A stretch of 64,000 nucleotides of DNA from Candidatus Dojkabacteria bacterium (GTDB taxonomy: Bacteria; Patescibacteriota; Dojkabacteria; B142; WJKM01): NCBI GenBank assembly GCA_014729085.1, contig WJKM01000023.1, forward strand, positions 13,648-77,647. The letters are read 5' to 3'. The translations under genes and the position numbers were made by a program. How positions within the stretch are numbered: position 1 is the stretch's first letter; every line of letters begins with the position of its first letter. Below the pieces are notes generated by a model that saw nothing but the letters and a program-made list of their open reading frames with translations, did no database searches and was not told the origin of the DNA. Below are positions 38,708 through 48,080 of the stretch, piece after piece.

Positions 38708-39784
38708 TTATAACTTTTTCCTTGTATTATCAACCATTTTACTCATTGCTCCGCGGGTAACCGGATCGTCCGGTTTAAAATACCCTGTTGAATATCCGCT
38801 TACTATGTCATTACCATAAGCTGCCATTATATTCTCATAAAAAGTATAAGTTTGAGGAACATCAGGGAAACCTTCTATTCCTTCAACAGCTAAAAATTCT
38901 GGATTTCCTGTTTTAGCTCTAGCACCCTCTATTAAAAACTTCATTGCCTGTCCTCTAGTTACTAACCTTTCTGGCTTGAATTCTCCGTCTCCATAACCGG
39001 AAATAACACCTTCACACTTTAAAGTCTGGATATCATTGTAAAAAGCATAGGAGGAAGATACATCAGGGAAATCGCCACATGAAGTGTTAATTTCAAATCC
39101 AAGTCCCTTCCTGACAAACTTAGCCATTGCCCCTCGTGATACAGGAAAATCTGGTCTAAATGTATTATCTGAATAACCACTAACTATTCCATCAGCATAT
39201 AAATTATTAATATAGCTTTCAAAAGTATGCCCTACAATATCAAATAAGGTTGCTTTTGTAGAATAATCAACTGTACACCAATTAGGATCATCTTTAAAAG
39301 TAACTCCCCAAAAATCTTTACTTGCATCTTCATGCATTTGCTTATATGACTTAACCACCATATCCCCATCCGAATAGTGGGCAACAAATACTACATCCTC
39401 AGGATAATAACCGTATGCATCAGGAGCAATATATAAAGGGGGCATTTTCTCCGGCTCAAAAGCAGGAAGATCACAATCCAAAAATATTTTATAATTCATC
39501 CCTATAATATCTCTCATCTCAGCCATTTCTTCTGGGATATCGAAATCCTGCAATTCGGCCTCAAATTTAACTCCTTTGATATATACATCTAATTTTGATG
39601 GAATTTCTATCTCTTGTTTGGTTTCCTGGTCTACTCCACGAAAAGAAAAACTAATATATTCATCTTTTGACCAACCATGACTTACAGATTCCAAGTCCTT
39701 TACTTTAGCGAAACTACTACTAGTAAATCCTAGAACTAATAAAATGAATACTGTGCAAATAATTGTCTTAAGTTGCTTTTTCAT
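38708..39784 (-). CDS. Secreted protein with three C-terminal SLH domains
   Basis: Signal peptide; three GIVSGY..TFRP..V(S/T)RG repeats. Confidence 0.88.
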   Translation of the reverse strand: MKKQLKTIICTVFILLVLGFTSSSFAKVKDLESVSHGWSKDEYISFSFRGVDQETKQEIEIPSKLDVYIKGVKFEAELQDFDIPEEMAEMRDIIGMNYKIFLDCDLPAFEPEKMPPLYIAPDAYGYYPEDVVFVAHYSDGDMVVKSYKQMHEDASKDFWGVTFKDDPNWCTVDYSTKATLFDIVGHTFESYINNLYADGIVSGYSDNTFRPDFPVSRGAMAKFVRKGLGFEINTSCGDFPDVSSSYAFYNDIQTLKCEGVISGYGDGEFKPERLVTRGQAMKFLIEGARAKTGNPEFLAVEGIEGFPDVPQTYTFYENIMAAYGNDIVSGYSTGYFKPDDPVTRGAMSKMVDNTRKKL

Positions 39785-39840
39785 TCTTGTATTTATAAAA
39801 ACTAAATATTTTAATAAGAGCTAATATAGATACTTTATAA

Positions 39841-41490
39841 CTAATCAGTTAAAAGTCTATCTATTACTTCCTCAAATGTACTTTGCGGATGTGCTCCTGG
39901 TAAAGCTTCTATAACTAACTCACCACTGCTGTTGTAACTCACAATAATGAACGTTGGTGTTCCACTAATCCCAAATTCTCCAGCTTGATCTTTATCTGCC
40001 TGCACCTCCGAACTTAATTCCTCGTTATCAAAACAAGTTGCAAATTCCGACCTGGAAATTCCTATATTTTCAGCATAATCATAAAGATCAGAAGTTGTTA
40101 AGGTCGACTGATAAAGAAACAACCAATCATGATATTCAAAATAATTAATATCTCCCCCTACTTCTCCAGCGCATTCAGCTGCCAGTGCCCTCTCAAAATC
40201 ATTTGCATGAAAATCAAGGGGAAGATCTCTAAATACCCAAACCGCTTTACCTGTATCTACATATTTAACCATTAACTGAGGTAATGTTTCATCCCAGAAT
40301 TTCCTACAGAAAGGACATTCATAATCACTCCACTCGATTACTATAACTTCTGCACTATCTTTGTTTCCCAAAACTGCATCATCATCAATTAAAAGTTGAA
40401 CCTCAGAATCTGTAAATAAATCTGGATCTGAGGGATCTGGTTCAGGATCAGATGGCGGAGTTAAAGCTTTTCCCCACAATTTTTGCCTGGTATTCTCCAC
40501 CATTTTACTCATTGCACCTCTAGTTACTGGCAGTTGAGGCTTAAAAGTACCATCTGAATAACCTCCTACAATAAAATAAGAATAAGCTGCCATTATATAT
40601 TCATAGAAAGGATTCTCTCTTCCAACATCAGGAAAGACATCATTTTGCAACACAGGTAGAAAGTCAGGATCTCCTTTCTTTTTTCTTGCACCATTAACCA
40701 CGAACTTCATTGCCTGTCCTCTAGTAACCAATTCATTTGGTTTAAAAGAACCATCCGAATATCCGCTTATGACCTCATAACACTTTAATGTCATAATATC
40801 ATCATAGAATGTATTGCTTGTTTCTACATCTGGAAATCCCTCACAATCCGTCTTGGTACCAAACCCCAATCCTTTACGCACAAATTTTGCCATGGCACCG
40901 CGAGTCACGGGATAATCGGGTCGAAAAGATTTATCTGAAAATCCGCTTACCACATTATCATCATATAAACTTTGAATATATGACTCAAAAGTATGTCCCA
41001 CTATATCGTAAATAGGTGCATTTGAGGTGTAATCTGTTGTACACCAACTAGATTCATCTTTGCTAATTGCAAAACTTTGATCAAAATAGTGATCGGCAAG
41101 TTCAAATCCAGCTAAAAATGAATATCCATCTGAATAATTTACAACAACACTAATATCGCTAACTTTGTATCCATAATAATCATTATTCTCAGGTAAATGA
41201 TTCATAGATGGCCATTCACAGCCATCATATTTAATTTCATATCCAAAATATGCAGCTCTTTCGTCTACAATATTACCAGTAGTTTGAGCTCTCACCCCTT
41301 TTATATAAACATCTAAATCTTCAAGTCTGTCGTATTCCAGCTCATCTTTTGGTACATAAATTGTTAAATAATTTTGGTCTTTATTGGCGAGATATTGTGA
41401 AACTAATAATTGATTATCTGAGGCATAGATTGTATTTGTTAAACAAAAGAAGGACAAAGCAAAAAAAACACCGATTATCCTATTTTTCAT
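39841..41490 (-). CDS. SLH x3 + DsbA-like thioredoxin protein
   Basis: SLH repeats; EWSDYECPFC, FRDLPL, GISGTPTF, GAHP. Confidence 0.9.
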   Translation of the reverse strand: MKNRIIGVFFALSFFCLTNTIYASDNQLLVSQYLANKDQNYLTIYVPKDELEYDRLEDLDVYIKGVRAQTTGNIVDERAAYFGYEIKYDGCEWPSMNHLPENNDYYGYKVSDISVVVNYSDGYSFLAGFELADHYFDQSFAISKDESSWCTTDYTSNAPIYDIVGHTFESYIQSLYDDNVVSGFSDKSFRPDYPVTRGAMAKFVRKGLGFGTKTDCEGFPDVETSNTFYDDIMTLKCYEVISGYSDGSFKPNELVTRGQAMKFVVNGARKKKGDPDFLPVLQNDVFPDVGRENPFYEYIMAAYSYFIVGGYSDGTFKPQLPVTRGAMSKMVENTRQKLWGKALTPPSDPEPDPSDPDLFTDSEVQLLIDDDAVLGNKDSAEVIVIEWSDYECPFCRKFWDETLPQLMVKYVDTGKAVWVFRDLPLDFHANDFERALAAECAGEVGGDINYFEYHDWLFLYQSTLTTSDLYDYAENIGISRSEFATCFDNEELSSEVQADKDQAGEFGISGTPTFIIVSYNSSGELVIEALPGAHPQSTFEEVIDRLLTD

Positions 41491-41561
41491 CTTTAAATTG
41501 TAATATATAATTTACGAATTAACTTTACCGATTATATCAAAAATCTTCTTTTATAACTGAT

Positions 41562-41596
41562 AAGAAAACAGAAGATCAGATTAATCCGATCTTCTG
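41562..41596 (-). terminator. Intrinsic terminator
   Basis: CAGAAGATC..GATCTTCTG hairpin with a U-tract on the minus strand. Confidence 0.7.
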
Positions 41597-41621
41597 CTGA
41601 TTATATTAGAATTCCTATTTA

Positions 41622-42866
41622 TTAATTCCACCCCGGTCTTTCTTCTTCATGATTTCCTTCCTCCGTACCAACATAACCATCTCTATCTTGTGGCTGAATT
41701 TGATTTCCGACACCTCCGGGTTCCCCTGCACTATCTGTTTGTTCATCCTCAGTAAAGTACGACTGATCATCCTCTACTCCTTCTGTTTCCTGGAGTTGAT
41801 ACTTATTTGGTTCTAAAACAGATCCAGAGCCATTTTCCCCAGAGTTTTTATATTGATTCCGATAAACATACCGAATACATTCTTGATACATATGTCTAGC
41901 CTCCCGCGCTAAATTCTGTGATTCTTCATAATCCCCTTCTTTATACATATTCTCCGCTTGAATCATAATTTGATTTGCTTCTCCAACGCAATTCTCAGCA
42001 TTATCGGTTTTTTTGCCTTTATCCGTCTTTTTTTCTAAATGTTTGTTCATCATAGCTTTTTTGAATTCAGCTTTTTCCATTTCCTTTTCTGCAATACCTT
42101 CTGCATTTTCTCCTCTTAAGGACTTCTGAAATGCCCTTTCTCCTACCTTATTTGTTTTTTCCAACGCCTTTATAAGTCCAGCATTCTGAGTTTGTGACAA
42201 TGCTTTCACAAGCACACTTTCAAATTCATCTGTAGATCCTTCCATCTCTTTAGCCAATTGCAACATACTCTCCCTTTTATTTTTATTACCTTCCATTTTT
42301 TCAAGAATCTCTTCAGCTTGAGCGAGATTAAAATTATAGTTTTCTACCAATCCATTAATCAATTCTAAATCAACACTGTCACTATCTTCATCTTCTGCTG
42401 CATATACCGAAGGAATTAATGCAAGACTTTCTTGGTCTTCTAAAAGGCTTTCAAGCTCACTAATTCTTTCCTCAGCTAAATCCAGATATTTTCCGCCTTG
42501 CGCCTCCTCAGACTTAATACCTGCAATCGCTACCTCTACCTTTTCAAAGCCAAGATCAACAAAGTATAGGGCATCTCCTGGTTTTGCTTCATTCGAAGCA
42601 TATGCAATACCGACCGTTCCCAATCCAATTAGACACAAAGCGATTAGAGTATAAAATAAAGCCTTATTTTTCATTGGACTATATATTGAAAAATTAAATA
42701 AATTAATGAACCTCTGGATAATCTTCCTATCCTTTGGCTCTTTGTTCGTAATATTATTGAGAAGACTATTCATAGTACTATTCTTCCATCCCGAATCCGG
42801 AGAAACGTCTATAGAGTTCAACACACTTATTAATTTTTTGGGATTATCTAGTTCTGTTTTATGCAT
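41622..42866 (-). CDS. DUF5667-type putative anti-sigma factor
   Basis: TM-AYAS..AKPGD.LY.V....E, LAEERI.E; overlaps the ECF sigma stop. Confidence 0.78.
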   Translation of the reverse strand: MHKTELDNPKKLISVLNSIDVSPDSGWKNSTMNSLLNNITNKEPKDRKIIQRFINLFNFSIYSPMKNKALFYTLIALCLIGLGTVGIAYASNEAKPGDALYFVDLGFEKVEVAIAGIKSEEAQGGKYLDLAEERISELESLLEDQESLALIPSVYAAEDEDSDSVDLELINGLVENYNFNLAQAEEILEKMEGNKNKRESMLQLAKEMEGSTDEFESVLVKALSQTQNAGLIKALEKTNKVGERAFQKSLRGENAEGIAEKEMEKAEFKKAMMNKHLEKKTDKGKKTDNAENCVGEANQIMIQAENMYKEGDYEESQNLAREARHMYQECIRYVYRNQYKNSGENGSGSVLEPNKYQLQETEGVEDDQSYFTEDEQTDSAGEPGGVGNQIQPQDRDGYVGTEEGNHEEERPGWN

Positions 42867-43377
42867 CTTGTTTTAAAATTTCTTGTAATTTATGTAAAGC
42901 TCTATTTATGTATACTTTAGTTGTGTCGTATTTATGATTTATAATTTCTGCTATTTCTTCTATTTCTAGCTGTTCTATATATCTTAAAATAATTAACTCT
43001 TTTTCAGCTTCTGATAATTCATTCATTTTTTCCAACACATAATCAATAATAATTTCACAATCAAAATCCGCATCTTGCCCAATACTATTCAACTCTATTT
43101 CATCTATAGCTTTCCGATATTTCTTCCTAGTATCCTGCTTTCTATAAAAGTCTATTAAAAGATTTCGGGCTATTGTATATATCCAAGTTTTAAAGCTCTT
43201 TTTAGTATTGTATAATTCTCTCTTTTCCCATACTTTCATAAATACCTCTTGAGTCATATCTTCTGCCAATGCTTTTCTATACCCTATCCTTAAAAAAATA
43301 TACTTGTAAATTTTTTTATTAAAACTATAGAAAACACTTTTGAAATCTGTAGCATTTTCTATTTTTTTTATCTTCAT
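42859..43377 (-). CDS. ECF RNA polymerase sigma factor
   Basis: AEDMTQEVFMKVW, FKTWIYTIARNLLIDFYRK, EEIAEI..RA; ATG 43377. Confidence 0.93.
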   Translation of the reverse strand: MKIKKIENATDFKSVFYSFNKKIYKYIFLRIGYRKALAEDMTQEVFMKVWEKRELYNTKKSFKTWIYTIARNLLIDFYRKQDTRKKYRKAIDEIELNSIGQDADFDCEIIIDYVLEKMNELSEAEKELIILRYIEQLEIEEIAEIINHKYDTTKVYINRALHKLQEILKQDA

Positions 43378-43383
43378 ATACAA

Positions 43384-43409
43384 TTACGTGAAATGATCTA
43401 TTTAGTAAC
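43384..43409 (-). promoter_or_regulatory. Putative ECF autoregulatory promoter
   Basis: Minus strand GTTAC-N16-CGTAA, 6 nt before the sigma ATG. Confidence 0.5.
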
Positions 43410-43546
43410 AAATATTTTTTCTAATCAAATCGCTATTATGTATTACGTACATTATTAACTTTTGTAACTATATTTTATCTAATTAAATTTTAAAATTATT
43501 TATAAAGAATTGATACAATAAGATTATAATATTTCATATTCTTTTG

Positions 43547-44842
43547 ATGGACTTAATCGTTGACTTACATATACATTCTCATTTTTCCCGTGCTACAAGC
43601 AAATCCATGACACCTGAAAATATGTATAGATGGGCAAAAATAAAAGGAATAAATGTACTTGCAACAGCAGACTTCACACACCCAGATTGGTTTTCAGAGC
43701 TTAGAGAGAAGTTAGAACCCGCAGAACCCGGACTCTTTAAATTGAAAGAGAAATATTCCAAACAACAGAATGAAAAGCTTCCTAAAAGCGTCAAAAACAA
43801 TGTTATGAGATTCATTCTAAGTGTAGAAATCAGTAATATCTATAGTAAAAATGAAAAGGTAAGGAAGCTTCACAATAATATAATTACTCCAAGCTTTGAA
43901 TCTGCTTCTGAAATAAATGCTAGGCTTGCAGAGATTGGAAATTTAAAAGCTGATGGCCGTCCAATTCTTGGAATGGATAGTAAAGAACTTTTAAAAATTT
44001 CTCTGGAGACTGATCCAGATAATTTATTTATCCCCTCACATATATGGACTCCTTGGTTTTCGATGTTTGGATCTAAATCCGGGTTTGATTCTATTGAAGA
44101 AGCTTTTGAGGAACTAGCCTCTGAAATAAAAGTAATTGAAACCGGTCTCTCCTCAGATCCTTATATGAACTGGAGAATAAAAGAAATTCAAAAGCGAGCA
44201 ATAATCTCAAGCTCCGATGCACATTCACCCGAAAAACTAGGAAGAGAGGCAAACATTATGGACTGTAAACTAGACTATTTCGATATCATAAATGGTATCA
44301 AATCAAATGATAAAAGACTTTCCGGCACCATTGAATTTTATCCTGAGGAAGGGAAATATCATTATGACGGACATAGAAAATGCGATATTTGTTTTAGACC
44401 CAGCGAAACAAAAAAACATGAAGGTATTTGCCCAAAATGTTCGAAACCTCTTGTAAAAGGAGTTCAATATCGAGTTGACGAACTAGCGGATAAGCCGGAA
44501 GACTATATACATAAAACAAATAAAATAGTTGAATACATCATTCCTCTTGCAGAAATAATTGCAGAAATAGAAGGAGTTAAAAGTATTAAATCAAAAACAG
44601 TTACAAGAAAATATAAAGAAGTCTTCTCTAGTTTAGGTGATGAATTTACCATACTTCGAGAAATTCCAATTCTAGAAATTGAAAAACAAGGATATAAAGA
44701 GTTGGCAATAGCAATTAAAAAATTGCGGAACAAAGAAATATATGTTGAGCCCGGTTATGACGGGGTCTACGGAACGATCAAAGTTTTCGAAAACCAAAAA
44801 GAAAAATCCTCAGAATTATCCGGGCAGTCTAATTTTCTCTAA
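43547..44842 (+). CDS. Endonuclease Q family PHP-domain protein
   Basis: DLHIHSHFSRATS, DFTHP, GRP, HIWTPW, ETGLSSD, SDAHS, GKYH, CPKC...GV..RV, PGYDG.YG. Confidence 0.92.
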   Translation: MDLIVDLHIHSHFSRATSKSMTPENMYRWAKIKGINVLATADFTHPDWFSELREKLEPAEPGLFKLKEKYSKQQNEKLPKSVKNNVMRFILSVEISNIYSKNEKVRKLHNNIITPSFESASEINARLAEIGNLKADGRPILGMDSKELLKISLETDPDNLFIPSHIWTPWFSMFGSKSGFDSIEEAFEELASEIKVIETGLSSDPYMNWRIKEIQKRAIISSSDAHSPEKLGREANIMDCKLDYFDIINGIKSNDKRLSGTIEFYPEEGKYHYDGHRKCDICFRPSETKKHEGICPKCSKPLVKGVQYRVDELADKPEDYIHKTNKIVEYIIPLAEIIAEIEGVKSIKSKTVTRKYKEVFSSLGDEFTILREIPILEIEKQGYKELAIAIKKLRNKEIYVEPGYDGVYGTIKVFENQKEKSSELSGQSNFL

Positions 44843-44853
44843 TTTGTTAAATT

Positions 44854-46476
44854 TTAAAACATATATCCCGCATTATCAGATTCTAATTTAGTTCCTATCT
44901 CATAAGTATCGGTATCAATACAAAGCGACAACCTATCCTGATTTGTCTCTATAGTATTCTCCCCTGGATTATCAAATAGGTCACAGGCACCGCTTGAAGC
45001 ATCCACTTCTACAGTTGAAAAATCTGTAACTTCGTAAGTAGATTCCATTTCCCCATAGCTCATATGTATTGTTGTCCCATCTACCCAGAATGTATCTGGA
45101 TAATACATATTGTAAGAGTAAAAATCTGTCATATCAAAACTTATATCCAGCAAATTCATTCGCCTTGCTGAATCTCTCTGACTTTGTCCTATTAAATTTT
45201 CCAACTCTGTTAAATCCACATCAATCTTGATATCTGGTGTAAAAGTACTTAAAACATTATCTATTTCTGTCATATCATTTGGGTTAGTAGTAACTGTAAG
45301 CAGAGTATAGTAATACTCTTCATGAATCGTCTGATCAAAATACCCATAAATATAATCCTCTCCTGTTGGATCGGATGGTTCCATCTCTATTCTGTATATA
45401 TTATTCTCAACCATACCATGTGAAAGTACATTGGTATCCCAAAATATTTCTTCAAATTGAGCTGGGTCACTTAGTATACTCTCCCAATAAGCTTCTAATT
45501 CAGCCATATTTTGGAAACCGCCTTCACCCTCCATTGTCAGACTATATTCGCTGTAAAACTCTAAAGGAATCGCAATTACCATCATCATAGCTTCTGAATC
45601 ATTTTCGGTTGTTCCATCTTTATACAAATACACCATATCAATATAATTATAGATTTCTTCTGGATCAGTTCCACCGCCTAGATCTTCAAGTCCAGATTCA
45701 AACGCCCAATTATCGGGATATTTAATCTCAAAAAAATTCCCTGTATACTGATTCCAATTCTCATCGAACGGTGGGATATATTTATCTTGGCAGAAGTATT
45801 CGGCGCATTCCACATCCTCATATCCTGCAAGTTTCATAAGATTTGTTACAACCTTTGCAATTTGAGCTCGAGTCATATTTTGATCCGGTCTAAAAGTTCC
45901 ATCCTGATACCCGCTGATTATTTCGTTTTCGACCCCTGTGAGAATATATTCAACAAAAGTATAATCTTCCGACACATCTGGAAAGTAATCAGTAATTGCT
46001 CCTGTCATTTCATTGAAAAAACTATCAGTTCTATTTACATCAACCCCTATTACAGCAAGTTTCATTAGAGCTCCACGACTTACATTTTCCTTCGGTTTAT
46101 ACTCACCCGTAGTATATCCTGAAGCAAGACCAGCGTTCTTGATTGACTGAATTGCTTCAAAAAAAGGATAGTCTTCTGGCACATCTGGGAATCTTTCTCC
46201 TGATGTATCAGTAGGTATATTGAATGCATTTTTTAGAATCTTAGCAATCTGACCTCTAGTTACAAAATCATCCGGACCAAAGTTTCCATTCGAATATCCT
46301 GAAATTATCCCCTGATGATACATGTATTCAACATAAGGACATAAAGAGTGGTCTACTGTCAGATCGGGAAATATTTCATTGCATGCGCCTGCAGTTTCAA
46401 CCGCAGAAATTTTAACAAGCCCCGATGCAAAAAAGGTAAATAAAAATATTATTAGGATAGTTACATACTTTTTCAT
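44854..46476 (-). CDS. Secreted SLH x3 protein with PsbP-like acidic domain and pilin-like C-terminus
   Basis: N-terminal SLH repeats; FEIKYPDNW; SQRDSARRMNLLDI..MTDFYS....YP. Confidence 0.8.
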   Translation of the reverse strand: MKKYVTILIIFLFTFFASGLVKISAVETAGACNEIFPDLTVDHSLCPYVEYMYHQGIISGYSNGNFGPDDFVTRGQIAKILKNAFNIPTDTSGERFPDVPEDYPFFEAIQSIKNAGLASGYTTGEYKPKENVSRGALMKLAVIGVDVNRTDSFFNEMTGAITDYFPDVSEDYTFVEYILTGVENEIISGYQDGTFRPDQNMTRAQIAKVVTNLMKLAGYEDVECAEYFCQDKYIPPFDENWNQYTGNFFEIKYPDNWAFESGLEDLGGGTDPEEIYNYIDMVYLYKDGTTENDSEAMMMVIAIPLEFYSEYSLTMEGEGGFQNMAELEAYWESILSDPAQFEEIFWDTNVLSHGMVENNIYRIEMEPSDPTGEDYIYGYFDQTIHEEYYYTLLTVTTNPNDMTEIDNVLSTFTPDIKIDVDLTELENLIGQSQRDSARRMNLLDISFDMTDFYSYNMYYPDTFWVDGTTIHMSYGEMESTYEVTDFSTVEVDASSGACDLFDNPGENTIETNQDRLSLCIDTDTYEIGTKLESDNAGYMF

Positions 46477-46580
46477 TGGTATATTTATTAAATTAAGTTA
46501 ATTAAAAACATTATACACTAGTTATTTATTATACGAGTTTATACGTGATATTATTACATGTAATTTGCTGAATTAATATA

Positions 46581-47144
46581 ATGAATATAATTAAAAAATG
46601 GAAAATTCTTAAAAAGCAAGACGTCTCGCCTAGCCATTGGCTTCCTGTTTTTAAACATAAAGTAGAACTTCCAAATAATAAAATTGTAGATGATTTTTAT
46701 ATTGCAAAGTTTCCTGATGTAGTAATGATTATGCCTATGACCAAATCAGGAAAAATCGTTTTTTGTAAACAATATCGACACGCAATAGATAAAATCATGC
46801 TCGAACTCCCTGCAGGTATGATTCAAAAAGGCAAAACACATAAAGAAACAGCTATTGCCGAACTCGAGGAAGAAGTAGGAATTAAAATCTCAGAAAACAA
46901 ACTAATAAACATTGGTTTTTCATCATGCATGCCTCACAAATTTGATTATAGAGTATATTCTTTCTTAGCAATGGACTTGGAATTCAATTCAAAACAAAAG
47001 TTAGATGAAAACGAACAAATTGAGGTAGTAACTCTTAACCCTCAGATTGTTTTAGAAAAAATAAAGAGCGAGGAAATATACAGCTCGGATACTGTAAGTT
47101 TAATTTTTCGTGTTAAACTAATATATCCCGAGATATTTGAGTAA
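46581..47144 (+). CDS. NUDIX hydrolase (ADP-ribose pyrophosphatase-like)
   Basis: QYRH, LELPAG..KGKT..ETA.AELEEEVG, LDENEQIEV. Confidence 0.9.
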   Translation: MNIIKKWKILKKQDVSPSHWLPVFKHKVELPNNKIVDDFYIAKFPDVVMIMPMTKSGKIVFCKQYRHAIDKIMLELPAGMIQKGKTHKETAIAELEEEVGIKISENKLINIGFSSCMPHKFDYRVYSFLAMDLEFNSKQKLDENEQIEVVTLNPQIVLEKIKSEEIYSSDTVSLIFRVKLIYPEIFE

Positions 47145-47153
47145 AATAAACAT

Positions 47154-48080
47154 ATGGATGAAGTCTCCTTAAAAAATGTATTAACAAAATATGGAATTGG
47201 AGAACTGATTTCTGCCAAACAGACACAAAGAGAATCACCAAACCTTCAAAGATGTTACTTTCTAGACACTACAAAAGGTAAATATTTTCTTAAAAGATAC
47301 AATACGTTCAGCTATTCTAAAAGAAAGGGATTGGATCTTATCAAATTTTTATACGAAAACGATTATCCCTGCATCAAAGTTATACTATCCAACCAGAGTC
47401 AACCTTATGTTGTCCACGAGGGCTTTGTTTATGCGTTATTCGAAGCTATCACAATCCCTGATATTTGGAATATAAGCGAAAATGAAGCTTTTGACATGGG
47501 AAAACAGCTTGGACGACTCCACATACTTGCAAAAGATATGCAAATCAGAAAAAGCCCAGTAGACTATTTCGAATTATTAAATATTTTTAATGATTTTAAA
47601 AAGAATATACCTACAATACCTGGCGAACATAGAAATAAACTTGAATACATAGAACAAGTGTACCCTTATTTAGCTCTACCTGATGATCTTCCCCAGTCAA
47701 TTTGCCATGGAGAATTTACTCCTGAACATATTTTCTTCTCGGAAGAAAACATTGTGAAAATCATTGATTGGGATCTTGTGGGCTACGATTATATGTTCTA
47801 CGATCTTGCAACAGCCTTAATCGGCTGTTTCCAAGATGGGGTACTTAAATTTAATATTCTCTCCCAAATTCTTAAAGGATATGAAAGTTCTCGCAAACTG
47901 ACAGATTGGGAGCAAAATCATATCTTCGAAGGTGTCCAATTTGGAGTAATTAAATTTGCAATTTGGTATCTTGATGATATTGACATAAAAGGATGGGAAA
48001 ACTTTGACATTAATCTCAAAGAAATCATGAAATATGACAAAAATAGTTTTGACAATAAGCTGAATACATACCTAAAGTAA
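47154..48080 (+). CDS. APH / type II homoserine-kinase-like phosphotransferase
   Basis: GKYFLKRY, LGRLH, LP.SICHGEF, IIDWD, YDLA. Confidence 0.82.
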   Translation: MDEVSLKNVLTKYGIGELISAKQTQRESPNLQRCYFLDTTKGKYFLKRYNTFSYSKRKGLDLIKFLYENDYPCIKVILSNQSQPYVVHEGFVYALFEAITIPDIWNISENEAFDMGKQLGRLHILAKDMQIRKSPVDYFELLNIFNDFKKNIPTIPGEHRNKLEYIEQVYPYLALPDDLPQSICHGEFTPEHIFFSEENIVKIIDWDLVGYDYMFYDLATALIGCFQDGVLKFNILSQILKGYESSRKLTDWEQNHIFEGVQFGVIKFAIWYLDDIDIKGWENFDINLKEIMKYDKNSFDNKLNTYLK

